DNA from: an uncultured delta proteobacterium
Lineage (GTDB): Bacteria; Desulfobacterota; Desulfuromonadia; Desulfuromonadales; JACZKF01
Direction: 5' to 3'
NCBI GenBank assembly: GCA_963816395.1
Contig: CAWFKQ010000003.1
Location: 18,714 to 82,713 of the forward strand
DNA: 64,000 nt
Part shown: positions 10,447 through 21,151 of the stretch, piece by piece
How the letters are laid out: every line of letters begins with the position of its first letter
Numbering within the stretch: the stretch's first letter is position 1
Position numbers and translations under genes: made by a program
The notes under the pieces: model-generated
The model's input: the letters and a program-made list of their open reading frames with translations, nothing else
Told to the model about the DNA's origin: nothing
Database searches by the model: none

Positions 10447-11040
10447 TCAGTAATCGTCTCCGCTGTCCTGCATTTCCCGGTGTTTGCTGCCCGTCGCCGG
10501 GCTGAAGGCGGCATGCCGGCGCAGCTGTTCGAGGAGGTAATCGGCGGCCAGGCCGTTGGCGAGCCCGGTGCCGAGGGCGAAGAGGAGAAAGAAGGGGAAG
10601 AGGCGCCAGACCGCGCCATGGCGCACCACCAGCAGCCAGGCGACCAGCAGCTGGCCGGCGGTGTGGGCGGCGGCGCCGAGAACGGAGGCGCCGACCGGTC
10701 CGAGACGCCGGCCGAACAGGCCGCGGGCGCCGGTCATGGCGGCGGTGGCGGCGCTGCCGCCGGCCAGGGAAAGGAGGAAGCCGGGGGAGAAGAACTGCCC
10801 GAGGAGCAGGGAGCCGATGCCGATCCGTGCCAGGGTGAGGCCCCAGGCGGCCCGGGGGCCGTAGAGAAAGAGGGCGAGCAGGGTCAGGATGTTGGCGAAG
10901 CCGAAGCGGAACCAGGGCGCCGGCGAGGGGAGGAGGACCTCCATGGTGTGCAGGGCCACCGCCAGGGCGGTGAAGAGCGCCAGGAAGATGCGGCGGCGCA
11001 GGCGCTCCAGCTCCCGCTCGTCAACGGCTGAGCAGGTCAT
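10447..11040 (-). CDS. Gx transporter / heptaprenyl-diphosphate synthase component I family membrane protein
   Basis: ALAVALHTME..LP...FRFGFAN, GASVLGAAAHTAGQL motifs. Confidence 0.85.
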   Translation of the reverse strand: MTCSAVDERELERLRRRIFLALFTALAVALHTMEVLLPSPAPWFRFGFANILTLLALFLYGPRAAWGLTLARIGIGSLLLGQFFSPGFLLSLAGGSAATAAMTGARGLFGRRLGPVGASVLGAAAHTAGQLLVAWLLVVRHGAVWRLFPFFLLFALGTGLANGLAADYLLEQLRRHAAFSPATGSKHREMQDSGDDY

Positions 11041-11414
11041 AGTCCCCGTCCGTCGCCGCTTCTCCCCTCGATGCGCACCAGCAGGTGGTTGGGAACGCAG
11101 GCGATAAAGTCTCCCGTCCTCGCCGCCGGCCCCATTCCCATGCAGATCTTGTGCGGACAGGGGGAGGCAAGGATGCGGGCGGCACCGTCACGGATGGCCA
11201 GTTCCGTCTCTCCCAGGGGGCCGGCCAGCGCCACCGTGCGGTCCTCGGCCAGCGGGGCGGTGAAAACGACCCGCCCATCCCGCTCCACCACCACCCGTTC
11301 GCCCGCTGCGCCCCGCTCCAGCAGGGCGAAGGAGCAGCCGGCGGCCAGCAGCAGGAGCAGGACGATGCCGCGGTCGAGGAGGGTCAGCCGGCGGAGCAGT
11401 CCCTTCAGCGCCAT
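11021..11414 (-). CDS. NusG domain II-containing membrane-anchored protein
   Basis: N-terminal TM helix; GPLG...SPCPHKICMGMG....GDFIACVPNHLLV motif. Confidence 0.85.
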
Positions 11415-12401
11415 TCGATTTTTCCCTGCAGGCCGCCGGTGAGATGCCGGCTGCCGTCGGCGGCGATAATCAAGCCCTCCACCCCGGGCAGACCCTCGAG
11501 CAGGGCCAGCCCCTTGTCCGGACCGAGGACGAAGGCGGCGGTAGAGAGCGCATCGGCGTCGGCGGCGCGCGCCGCCACCACGGTGACGCTCTGGCAGCGG
11601 TCGGCCGGGTAGCCGGTGGCCGGATCGAAGAGATGATGGTACCGGTGGCCGTTCAGCTCGAAAAAGCGCTCATAATCGCCGGAAGTGACGATGGCGGTAT
11701 CGTGCAGCGGCAGCACCCCCAGGACGCTGCCCGTCCGGCGCGGGTGCTGGATGCCGATGCGCCAGGGTGCTCCATCGCCCCGGCCGCCGAGCAGGCGGAT
11801 GTCGCCGCCGGCGTCCACCGAGGCGCTGCTCACCCCCGCCCGGCGCAGGATCTCGATGGCCCGGTCGACCGCATATCCCTTGGCGATCCCTCCCAGGTCG
11901 ATCGCCAGCGCCGGATCGCCCTTACTCACCTGTCTGCCGGCCAGCTGCAGGGCGCCCGGACCGGTGCCGGCAAGGGCCTGGCGGATTTCCGCCGGCGCCG
12001 GAACCCGCGGGTGTTCCCCTTCGATGTTCCACAGCGCCTTGAGCCGCCCGAGGGTCATGTCGAAGGCGCCGCCGGAGAGATTTCCCACCTTCAAACCGAG
12101 GGCGATCACCTCGGCGGTCTCCGGCGCCACCTCGCCGCCGGCGACCGACCGCGAAAGGCGCGATGGGTCGCTGTCCGCGGCCGGCCCCATGAGCGCATCG
12201 ATGCGCGCCATTTCGCCGAAAGCGGCGGTCACCGCCGCCTCCAGGCGCCCGCGGTCGGGGCCGTAGGCGGTGACCTCGACCACCGTGCCCATCAGAATCT
12301 GCCGGCGATCGACCCGCTGCGGCCCGGAGGCCGGGAGCCGCCAGGCCGCCGCGGCCACCAGGGCGGCGATCAGGGGCACGGACGATCAGGATATTTTTCA
12401 C
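11405..12401 (-). CDS. apbE: FAD:protein FMN transferase
   Basis: [56 protein letters not shown]. Frameshift near the start. Confidence 0.93.
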
Positions 12402-12476
12402 GGGTTTGGACACGGGAAAACAGGAATCAGGTTGCCGGAAAAAGATAGTCGGGGAGGGCTGATTTGGCTCTTCCGC

Positions 12477-13838
12477 TAGCCTCTCGCCTCTGCGCCCCTT
12501 GCCTTCCTCGACGATCTCCCCGATCAGGTCATACTCAGAGGAGTCGGTGATCTTCAGGCGAACGATGTCGCCGACGGCGGCCTGGCCGGCGGTGATATAA
12601 ACCTGGCCGTCGACATCCGGCGCCTGGCGGATGCAGCGGCCGCGCAGCAGCAGCTCGGTCTCCTCGCTGAAACCTTCCACCAGCACCGGTTCGATGCGTC
12701 CCACCAGCGCCCGGTTCTTGCGGAAAGAGACCCGCCCCTGGGCTTTCATCAGCTTGCCGTAGCGGATCTTCTTCACCCGCTCGGGGATCTGGACGGGGAG
12801 GGCGGCCGCCGCTGTCCCTTCCTCCCGCGAGTAGCGGAACACTCCTACCCGCTCGAAGTGCCCTTCGTTGACGAAATCCAGCAGGCGGGCGAACTGTTCC
12901 TCGGTCTCGCCGGGGAAGCCGACGATGAAGGAAGTGCGCAGGGTGACCTCGGGGATGCGCCGGCGCACCCGCTCCAGCAGCTGGCGGATGGCGGCCTGGT
13001 CGACCCGGCGGTTCATCAGCCCCAGGACGTTGTCGTCAATGTGCTGCAGAGGGATATCGAGATACTTGCAGATCTTCTCCTCACCGGCGATCAGCTCCAG
13101 CAACTCGTCGGAAATGCCGTCCGGGTAGGCATAAAGCAGGCGCAGCCAGTGCAGGCCATCGATCTTCACCAATTCCCGCAGCAGGCTCTCCAGGCGGCTG
13201 CCGTCTTCCCGGTCGGCACCGAAGGCGGTAATGTCCTGGGCGATCAGGTTGATCTCCTTCACCCCGGCCTCGACCAGCCGCCGCACTTCGCTGGTGACCG
13301 ACTCGATGCTGCGCGACCGCAGGCTGCCGCGCAACTGGGGGATGATGCAGTAGGAGCAGTGATTGGCACACCCCTCGGCGATCTTCACATAGGTGGAATA
13401 AAAAGGGGAGGAGCGCACGCGCGGAGTCGTGTGGTCGTAGAGAAAATCGGCTTCCCCCACCGCCTGCAGCGCCTCTCCCCGGCCAGCCAGGGCATCGAGC
13501 AGTTCAACGATGCGCGGCGCGTCGCTGGTGCCCATGAACAGGTCGACTTCCGGTAATTCCTCCGCCAGGTCCTCGCGGTAGCGCTGCGGCAGGCAGCCGG
13601 TGACGACCAGGTGACGGCAGCGCCCCCGGCTCTTGAAATCGGCAACTTCGAGGATCGTCTCCACCGACTCTTCCTTCGCTTCCTTGATGAAAGAGCAGGT
13701 ATTGACGATGATGATGTCGGCCTGGGCCTCGTCGGTGACGATCTCGAACCGGTCAGCCGGCAGATGGCCGAGCATCACTTCGGCATCGACCAGATTCTTC
13801 GGACAGCCGAGGCTGACTAAACTTACTTTTTTCTTCAT
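12477..13838 (-). CDS. rimO: Ribosomal protein S12 methylthiotransferase (3' end approximate)
   Basis: [32 protein letters not shown] radical-SAM motif, APDVDG TRAM domain. Confidence 0.95.
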
Positions 13839-13857
13839 AAGCTCACTAGGGAGGGAT

Positions 13858-13921
13858 AATTTTGAATTCTGAATTTTGAATTCCGAATTAATTTAAAATC
13901 AAGAATTCAAAATTCAAAATT
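13858..13921. repeat. Inverted pair of AT-rich AATTTTG/AATTCAA heptamer arrays
   Basis: aattttg aattctg aattttg aattccg aatt followed by aatttaa aatcaag aattcaa aattcaa aatt. Confidence 0.8.
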
Positions 13922-13930
13922 GTCTCACTT

Positions 13931-14416
13931 TTACGACCGCATATTGACAAACTGCAACTCGATGCCGAAATCCTGCCCCTTGAGGAACTGGATCACCGCT
14001 TGCAGATCGTCGATCTGCTTGCCGGTGACCCGCACCTGCTCCTCCATGATCTGCGCCTGGACCTTGAGTTTGGAGTCCTTGATCGCCTTGACGATCTCTT
14101 TCCCCTTCTCCTTGGAAATGCCCTGGACGATCGTCGCCCGCTGACGCACCGCCACGCCCGAGGCCGGCTCCTTCTTGCCGAAATCGAGACACTTGGCTGA
14201 CACATTGCGCCGCACCAGTTTTCCTTTAAGAATGTCGACGATCGCCTGCAGCTTGTAGTCGTCGGCGGCTAGCAGGACAATCCCCTCCTTTTCCAGGTCG
14301 ATTTCGTTGTGCGTCCCCTTGAAGTCGTAGCGCTGCTCGACCTCCTTGCGGGTCTGGTTGACGGCGTTGTCGACTTCCTGCATCTCGACCTTGGAAACGA
14401 TGTCGAAACTGGGCAT
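13931..14416 (-). CDS. yajQ: YajQ family nucleotide (c-di-GMP)-binding protein
   Basis: [38 protein letters not shown]. Confidence 0.95.
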   Translation of the reverse strand: MPSFDIVSKVEMQEVDNAVNQTRKEVEQRYDFKGTHNEIDLEKEGIVLLAADDYKLQAIVDILKGKLVRRNVSAKCLDFGKKEPASGVAVRQRATIVQGISKEKGKEIVKAIKDSKLKVQAQIMEEQVRVTGKQIDDLQAVIQFLKGQDFGIELQFVNMRS

Positions 14417-14581
14417 GGCTGTTACCCTCCAGAAAGGAATTTCGGTGGAAGTCGAAGAACGTCCACCGAATCGGTAATTTATAGCATGGAACGGCGCCGG
14501 AAGGAAAGGCCTAAGCGGCCCGGGCAGGAGATCTCCGCCCCGAAGAGCGAGCCAAGAATAATACTGCTGCTATTTCTGCTG

Positions 14582-16246
14582 CTATTTGCCGCCGGTGCCC
14601 TCGACCAGCTCCACGCGGATGATGTCCTCGGCCCCGTAGGGGATGCCGTAAAATTTATTGCCTACCAGATCGCCCATGACCCACTTGCCGGTGGAGGTCG
14701 GACCCACACCGTCGATTGACCTGCGCGAAGCGGTGCCGGTTGCCGGATCGATGATCAGGATGTCGGCAGCGGTGTACGGGACGGCATAGATTTTACCATC
14801 CGGTCCCAGGATGGCCTCCGACCACCCTGAGCCGGAAAGATTCGCTCCCATGGTGCTGAGAGAGGCGGTACCGGCCACCGGATCGATGATCAGAATGGCC
14901 GGGGAATCGGTATAGGGGATGGCGTAAATCTTCCCGTTGGGGGCGAGAATGCCTTCGGCATAGCGGTGACTGCTGGTAAGGGCCGCCCCCATGCTGCTGC
15001 GGGAAGCCCTCCCCGACGCCGGGTCGATGATCAGGATGTCCTGGGCATCGCGGGGTACGCCATAAATCTTTCCGTTGGCGGCGAGAATCCCTCCGGACCA
15101 CTTGTTGGAACCGGCAAGATCCGCCCCCATGGTGCTGCGGGTGGCGGTGCCGGTAGCGGGGTCAATGATCAGGATGTCTGGGGAATCGCGGGGAATACAG
15201 TAGATTTTCTTGTCCGCACCCAGAACCGCTCCCGCCCACTTGGCATCACCGGTGAGATCGAGGCCGAAGTCGGTGCGAACGGCGGTTCCGGCGATCGGGT
15301 CGATGATCAGAACGTCCGGAGCGTCGTAAGGAACGCCGTAAATCTTTCCATCCGGTCCCAGGCACCCGCTCGCCCACTTAGAGGAACCGGAGATACTGGC
15401 CCCCATGGTGCGGCGAGTGGCGGTGTCGGCCGCCGGATCGATGATGAGGATGTCATCGGCTCCGTAGGGGATACCGTAAATCCTGTTGTCCGGACCCCTG
15501 ACGCCAGCCCACCACTTGGCCTCCGTCCCGGAGATGTCGGCGCCGAACTTCCCGATCGTGACGGCGATGTCCATCGTCGTTACCGCCGTTGCCGCCGTTA
15601 CCGTCACGAGATCGGCGGCGCTGTCCGCCAGGCCGTCGTTAACCACCAGCCGGAAAACATAGGCGCCATCAATGTCGGCAGTGAAGGTTGGACCGACTGC
15701 TGTGGCGTCACGTAAAACCGCGCCACTTCCCGCAGGGGCGGCTAACATTGTCCAGGCATAGGTCAGCGCATCGCCATTGGCGTCGGCGCTGCCGCTACCA
15801 TTTAGCCGCACCAGTGACCCGGTCATCACTTTCTGGTCCATGCCGGCGTTGGCTACGGGGGCAGAGTTCGCCGTTGCCGCCGTTACGGTCACGGTGTCGG
15901 CGACGCTGTCAACCAGGCCGTCGTTGACCACCAGCCGGAAAACATAGGCGCCGTCCAGGTCGGCGGTTATGGTTGGATTGACCACCGTAGCATCGCTCAA
16001 AACCGTGCGGCTATCAGGGGGGGCCGATTGAATCGTCCACGCGTAGGTCAGAACCTCGCCGTCGGCAGCTGCGCTACCACTACCATCCAGCCGCACCAAT
16101 GACCCGGTTATGACGTTCTGGTCCAGGCCGGCGTCGGCCACAGGTGCGGAGTTTGAGGTCTTATCGGTCGTGTCGCTGCTGCCCCCGCCACACGCTATAA
16201 GACTTAATAGGGCTACCAGACAAAGCGCTCCAGCTTGGATTCTCAT
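14582..16246 (-). CDS. Lipoprotein with two PKD/REJ-like domains and a 7-repeat putative beta-propeller
   Basis: LIAC lipobox; two NSAPVA(D/N)AG.DQ.V.TGSLVRL.GSGS domains; seven ~46-aa repeats W....lg.dgkIY.iP..a.diLiIDP. Confidence 0.85.
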   Translation of the reverse strand: MRIQAGALCLVALLSLIACGGGSSDTTDKTSNSAPVADAGLDQNVITGSLVRLDGSGSAAADGEVLTYAWTIQSAPPDSRTVLSDATVVNPTITADLDGAYVFRLVVNDGLVDSVADTVTVTAATANSAPVANAGMDQKVMTGSLVRLNGSGSADANGDALTYAWTMLAAPAGSGAVLRDATAVGPTFTADIDGAYVFRLVVNDGLADSAADLVTVTAATAVTTMDIAVTIGKFGADISGTEAKWWAGVRGPDNRIYGIPYGADDILIIDPAADTATRRTMGASISGSSKWASGCLGPDGKIYGVPYDAPDVLIIDPIAGTAVRTDFGLDLTGDAKWAGAVLGADKKIYCIPRDSPDILIIDPATGTATRSTMGADLAGSNKWSGGILAANGKIYGVPRDAQDILIIDPASGRASRSSMGAALTSSHRYAEGILAPNGKIYAIPYTDSPAILIIDPVAGTASLSTMGANLSGSGWSEAILGPDGKIYAVPYTAADILIIDPATGTASRRSIDGVGPTSTGKWVMGDLVGNKFYGIPYGAEDIIRVELVEGTGGK

Positions 16247-16485
16247 TATCTGCTCCCGAAGTAGCCTCCCTCACAGGGAGGCGGCTATAACTGGCGTTTT
16301 TAGCCGGTCAGCACAAGGCGGGCAGCAGCGAATTGTCCTCTCTTGCCTCCAGACCTGAAAATAATTAAGAAAAACTAGAAAATTCCATACAATAAAACAA
16401 TATTAATTTAAATCAGGCGGGGAGAATTGCAAGTCCAAGGTCGCGCGTCATTTTGCAATGGCAGCCAAATTCAGGGACGGACTTG

Positions 16486-17256
16486 CTACGAACCTGGTGC
16501 GGTGCTGTTTGGGTGCAGGACTTCGATTCCGGCGGGAATGGTGAACTGGAAAAGGCGGTCGGGCAGGTCGACATTGACCCGGACGTGGCTGAAGGCGATA
16601 TGGGTACTGTTGCCGCTCGGGTCGTACACGGTGGTGGAGCGGATGGGGAAGACGGCTCGGGTTTTTCCCGGGGCGCCGGCAGCGGACACCGCCTGGGGAT
16701 CGATGGTCACCAGAAGATGTTCGAGCATCGGCGACGGTTTGCGGGGGCGCAGTTCGAGGACATAGTTCCCCTCGGAGTCCCGCCCGGGCGATGCCCAGGT
16801 GATCTGAAAATCCCGCGACAGATTGCCCAGGCCGCTGAGGAAGGTCATCGGGTCCTCGGGGCGATCGGCGGCGGTGAGGTCGATCTCCGACTCGATGACC
16901 TGTCTATTTTCCGGCACATAGACCCACATGGTGCGGCCATTGGAGACAATCACCTGCTCCGTCGGCTGTGTGTAATCCCAGCGAAATTTGGTGAGCGGCG
17001 GCCGGTCCGGGGAAACCCGTTCGAATTTCACCGCCACCTCGCCGCTGCCGTGCTGCAGACGGTCAAGGGAAGCGATGCGCGACTCCTGAGTGAAGTCGGC
17101 GCGGAACCCGGCGATCCCCGAAGACTTTCCGGCACCCGGCCGGAAGGGAGCTTCCAGCGCCTGAATGACCCGGTTCAGCTCGGTCTGGGCCGCCTGCACC
17201 GGTGCTTCGGGGAGCAGAAAGGCCAGCGCCAGTGCCAGGGAAAGGAATATTTTCAT
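16486..17256 (-). CDS. lolA: Outer-membrane lipoprotein carrier LolA family
   Basis: Signal peptide; FRADFTQ, KFRWDY..P.EQVIVSNG.TMWVY, F.F.IPAG. Confidence 0.85.
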   Translation of the reverse strand: MKIFLSLALALAFLLPEAPVQAAQTELNRVIQALEAPFRPGAGKSSGIAGFRADFTQESRIASLDRLQHGSGEVAVKFERVSPDRPPLTKFRWDYTQPTEQVIVSNGRTMWVYVPENRQVIESEIDLTAADRPEDPMTFLSGLGNLSRDFQITWASPGRDSEGNYVLELRPRKPSPMLEHLLVTIDPQAVSAAGAPGKTRAVFPIRSTTVYDPSGNSTHIAFSHVRVNVDLPDRLFQFTIPAGIEVLHPNSTAPGS

Positions 17257-17306
17257 ATGCAACTCCAGTGAAATTGTTGATCAGGGCGGGAGCCGCTTGG
17301 TTCTCC

Positions 17307-17338
17307 CTAACTATCTCACTACCTAACTGCCTCACTGC
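17307..17338. repeat. CTMACTRY octamer array (copy 1)
   Basis: ctaactat ctcactac ctaactgc ctcactgc. Confidence 0.75.
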
Positions 17339-17340
17339 TC

Positions 17341-17832
17341 CTACAGGACAACCAGTTTATCACTGCCGCGCACCGAACGCACCCGGATCTCGCCGGTCGC
17401 CAGGTCAAACTCCACGGTCCGCCCGTGATTTCCCCCCACGGCCTCCCCCTGCACCGGCAGCTGCAGTTCCCGCAGCGTTTCCCGGGCGGCGCGGATGTTG
17501 CGGGCGCCGATTCCTTCCTCGGCATGGGCATGGAGAGGCTCGAACATGTTGGCGCCGCCGATCAGCCGCGTCCGCAGGTGCTCTCTGACCGCTCCCTGGG
17601 CGAGCAGTTCCTGCAGCATCCGGTGAATGGCCGTTTCGACGAATTTGCCGGGGCGACTCTCCCGCATGCCCGGCAGGGGATGGGGGAGCAGGGTGTGGGC
17701 CAGCCCCCCCAGGCTCTGCTGCGGGTCGAAGAGGGCGATTCCCAGGCAGGAACCGAGGCCGTAGGTGACCAGGACCAGCGGTGCCCGGGCCACCCGGAAT
17801 TCCGAGATGCCGACCCTCTCTTTCCGTTTCAC
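17341..17832 (-). CDS. cheD: Chemoreceptor glutamine deamidase
   Basis: VGISE, TYGLGSC, GGLAH.LLP, GGANMF, IGARN, VGG..GR. Confidence 0.93.
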   Translation of the reverse strand: MKRKERVGISEFRVARAPLVLVTYGLGSCLGIALFDPQQSLGGLAHTLLPHPLPGMRESRPGKFVETAIHRMLQELLAQGAVREHLRTRLIGGANMFEPLHAHAEEGIGARNIRAARETLRELQLPVQGEAVGGNHGRTVEFDLATGEIRVRSVRGSDKLVVL

Positions 17833-18446
17833 GGGTGCTGCTCCACCGCGTCAAGGACGACCTGCAGCGAGGCCGGGTCGGGGAGCAGAAAAAAGTGGCC
17901 GCGGACCGCCTGCTCACTTTTCCGCCCGTGGAACTCCGTTTCCACCATCAGCGCCTGGTCGCCGGCCTGGCTCAGCTGAATGAGAACATAGTCGACCACC
18001 GCCCCGGCCATGTCGAAGGCCAGCAGGGGAACCGAGGGGATCAGGGTCATCTGCAGCAGGCTGCCGAGGGCATTCAGGTAGGCGGAGGCCAGAATGTTGG
18101 CCACTTCCTTGAGGGTGGAGGCGCCGAGTTCGTGCATCACCAGCCCCTTCTCCTGCTGGCCGAGAAGAGTGGTAAGGAGATAATGGGCGCTTTCCCGGGG
18201 GAAAATCAGCAGGATGTTGCCGCGGGCGTCGCCCAGGATCTGGAGGGTGATGCCGACGACCACCTGTTCGGCTCCCCCCAGCAGTTCGGGGACTTGGGCG
18301 ATATCGGTCACCTCCACCCGCGGCACCCGGAGCAGAATGGTCTCCCCGATCAGCTGCGACAGGGCGGTAGCGGCGTGCCCCATGCCGATGTTGCTGATTT
18401 CCCTCAGGGCGTCAAGCTGCCCTGCCGTCAACCGGGTGAAGGTCAT
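17829..18446 (-). CDS. cheC: CheC phosphatase (DifG-like)
   Basis: DALREISNIGMGHAATALSQL, LKEVANIL, DMAGA. Confidence 0.93.
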   Translation of the reverse strand: MTFTRLTAGQLDALREISNIGMGHAATALSQLIGETILLRVPRVEVTDIAQVPELLGGAEQVVVGITLQILGDARGNILLIFPRESAHYLLTTLLGQQEKGLVMHELGASTLKEVANILASAYLNALGSLLQMTLIPSVPLLAFDMAGAVVDYVLIQLSQAGDQALMVETEFHGRKSEQAVRGHFFLLPDPASLQVVLDAVEQHP

Positions 18447-20322
18447 GGCTGCGCTCCTTGCGGCCGGTGAGACGGCCGGGCTTTCCTTCCAGCAGGGTTT
18501 GGGGATCGATGATGAAGATGACGCTGCCGTCGCCGAGAACGGTGGCGCCGCTCACTCCCGGCAGGCGATCGAGGGGAAAGCCGAGGCTCTTGACGAAAGC
18601 CTGCCGCTGCCCGGCCAGGCGGTCGACCACCAGGGCCACCCGGCGGCCGCGCGCCTCGGTCAGAACCAGGGATACCGTCTCCCCCGGTGCCTGGGTGGGC
18701 AGGCCGAGAATCTTGCGCAGCGAGAGAAGAGGCACTTCCTCCCCGCCGATGGTCGCTACCGCCTGCTTTCCCCGCGCCCGGACCTCGGTGCGGGCAAGCT
18801 CTTCCGCCCGCAGCAGCCGGGTGAAGGGAATGCCGAGGACGTGCCCGGCGCACTCCACCAGCAGCAGATTGATGATCGCCACCGACAACGGCATCTTGAG
18901 CAGAAAACGAGTCCCCTGGCCGGCAGCTGATTCGATGACGAGGGAGCCGCCCAGAGATTCCACGGCGGACTTGACGACGTCCATTCCCACGCCCCGGCCA
19001 GAGGTTTCGGTGATGCTGGCGGCGGTGGAAAAACCGGGCAGGCAGACCAGGTGCAGGGCGTCGGCCGGGCGCATCGATTTTGCCTGCGCCGGGGTGATCA
19101 GGCCCTTGTCGGCTGCCGTGCGGCAGAGCACCGCGGGATCCATCCCCCTGCCGTTGTCGGCCACTTCCAGCAGCACCTGATCCTTGTCACGCCAGGCGCG
19201 CACGAGCACCTCGCCGCGCTGTTCGATACCGTGGTCGACGGCATTGCGCACCAGGTGCATCAGCGGGTCGGCCAGCCCCTCCATGATCGCCCGGTCGAGT
19301 TCAACCTCCTGTCCCTCCAGGCGCAGGGCGGCATTCTTGCCGGTACGGCGGCACAGTTCGCGGACCAGGCGCGGCAGGCGCCCGGTGATGCTCTCCAGGG
19401 GCATCATTCTGGCCCGCAGCACGTAATGGTGCAGGGTGCCGATCAGCCGCACCTGCTGATCCAGACCTTCACGCAGCTCGGGCCAGCGCTTCTCCCGGAG
19501 GGCCGACTGCAGGATGTAGCGGTTGGTGATCAGCTCCCCGGTCAGGTCGATGAAACGGTCGAGCAACTCGGTGTTGATCCGGACCGAGCGTACCGCATCT
19601 TCCCGGCGCGATTGAAAGGGGGCGTCCCCGCCAGCGGAGAGACTCACCCGCTCGACATCGCTCATCCGCAGCAGGATCTCCCGCACTTCGGCGGCAGTGC
19701 GCCCGGTCTTTACCTGGACCGTCACCCCGTCCAGCGCCCCGCCGCGGGCGAGTTCCTCTTCTTCCGGCCGACTGGCGACCACCTGCCCCAGTCGCCCCAA
19801 CTCCCGCAGCACCAGCAGGGCGCGGGCGGCCGGAGCGGTAGTTCCCGCAACGAATTTAACGACCACCTGCAGCAGGTCGGGCGCGGCCGGCGGAGTCTCC
19901 AGCGGATCTGTCGGCCCCCCCGCCGGCGGTTCGCCGGCAGCCGGCGCCGGCTCGTCTGCGCCGGTCGGGCCGGCCTGCAGAAAAGAAGCGGTTTCCCGCT
20001 CAGGGCGATTGCCTTCCAGGTCCTCTACCAGCCCTTCCAGCAGGTCGAAACCGGTCTGCAGGCGGCCGATCGCCGCCGCCGGCACCAAGCCTTCCCGGCG
20101 GCAGGAATCCATCAGGTCTTCCAGGTGATGCGCCAGTGCCGTGGTCCGCTCATAACCCATGGAGGCGGCCATCCCCTTGACCGAATGAACCTCGCGGAAC
20201 AAGGCATCGATTCCTTCCCGCTCGGCTGGATTCGGTGCCAGACCGGCGAGCAGATCGTTCATTTTCTGCAGGTGCTCCCGTGTTTCACTGAGGAACATCT
20301 CGCGGTATTTGGACATATCCAT
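18412..20322 (-). CDS. cheA: Chemotaxis histidine kinase (DifE-like)
   Basis: Hpt LFREVHSVKGM, HLVRNAVDHGIE, SGRGVGMDVV, C-terminal CheW domain. Confidence 0.95.
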   Translation of the reverse strand: MDMSKYREMFLSETREHLQKMNDLLAGLAPNPAEREGIDALFREVHSVKGMAASMGYERTTALAHHLEDLMDSCRREGLVPAAAIGRLQTGFDLLEGLVEDLEGNRPERETASFLQAGPTGADEPAPAAGEPPAGGPTDPLETPPAAPDLLQVVVKFVAGTTAPAARALLVLRELGRLGQVVASRPEEEELARGGALDGVTVQVKTGRTAAEVREILLRMSDVERVSLSAGGDAPFQSRREDAVRSVRINTELLDRFIDLTGELITNRYILQSALREKRWPELREGLDQQVRLIGTLHHYVLRARMMPLESITGRLPRLVRELCRRTGKNAALRLEGQEVELDRAIMEGLADPLMHLVRNAVDHGIEQRGEVLVRAWRDKDQVLLEVADNGRGMDPAVLCRTAADKGLITPAQAKSMRPADALHLVCLPGFSTAASITETSGRGVGMDVVKSAVESLGGSLVIESAAGQGTRFLLKMPLSVAIINLLLVECAGHVLGIPFTRLLRAEELARTEVRARGKQAVATIGGEEVPLLSLRKILGLPTQAPGETVSLVLTEARGRRVALVVDRLAGQRQAFVKSLGFPLDRLPGVSGATVLGDGSVIFIIDPQTLLEGKPGRLTGRKERSHDLHPVDGRAA

Positions 20323-20349
20323 AGGGTCAGATCCGCCTCGCTTTTCGCT

Positions 20350-20721
20350 TCACAGAAGTCCGGTTACCCGTCGGACCACTTCCAGCACCCGCTGTTCCTT
20401 GAACGGTTTGATGATGAAATCGCGAGCCCCCGCCCGTACCGCCTCGATGACCAGCGATTCCTGCCCCAGGGCGCTGCACATGACGACGCAGGCGCCCGGA
20501 TCCTCCCGGCTGATCTCTTCCAGGGCTTCGACGCCGCTCTTGAGCGGCATGACGATGTCCATCGTCACCAGGTCCGGCTTCAGCCGGCGATAGGCTTCGA
20601 TCGCCGCCACCCCATCCCCTGCTTCACCCACGACGTCGAAGCCGGCCCTGGCGAAGATCTCTCTCAGCATGTTGCGCATGAACAGGGCATCATCGACGAT
20701 CAACACCTTGAGGCCCATCAT
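20350..20721 (-). CDS. cheY: CheY-type response regulator (DifD-like)
   Basis: VLIVDDALFMR, MDIVMP, FIIKPF. Confidence 0.92.
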   Translation of the reverse strand: MMGLKVLIVDDALFMRNMLREIFARAGFDVVGEAGDGVAAIEAYRRLKPDLVTMDIVMPLKSGVEALEEISREDPGACVVMCSALGQESLVIEAVRAGARDFIIKPFKEQRVLEVVRRVTGLL

Positions 20722-21149
20722 CTCCTCCTCTGGTCCAGTGGTCGCAGGCTGGCCATCAGCCTATTGATATCAAGCAGGTTGATCATCTCCCCTCCCCAGT
20801 CGAACTGGCAGCGGATGCAGAAATCCTCCTCCCGCATCTCCTGGTGAGGCACCAGGGCGTCCGGGTCGAGGGGGACGATCCGCCGCAGAGCGGTGACAGT
20901 GAAGGCAAGCGGGCACAGCTGGGGCGGCAGAACGATCACCCGCGAATCCCGGCTGCCGCCGGCGATCCCCAGGTGTCCGGCGAGATCGAGAACCGGCAGG
21001 ATGCTGCCGTGGAAGTTGATGGCGCCGGAGAAGACAGCGGGAGCCATGGGAATATAGAAGAGCGCCGGCGATTCGACGATCTCCTGCAGACAGTCCACCT
21101 CCAGTCCGTAAGGCCGCTCGCCGAGGCGGAATAGCAGAACCTGCTGCAT
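20718..21149 (-). CDS. cheW: CheW coupling protein (DifC-like)
   Basis: F.LG...YGL....QEI, GAINFHGSILPVLDL. Confidence 0.85.
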   Translation of the reverse strand: MQQVLLFRLGERPYGLEVDCLQEIVESPALFYIPMAPAVFSGAINFHGSILPVLDLAGHLGIAGGSRDSRVIVLPPQLCPLAFTVTALRRIVPLDPDALVPHQEMREEDFCIRCQFDWGGEMINLLDINRLMASLRPLDQRRR

Positions 21150-21151
21150 CT

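Noticed and set aside
11922..13838. Apparent 638-aa RimO fusion
   Set aside because: Read-through into an off-frame apbE region; the tail is not protein-like.
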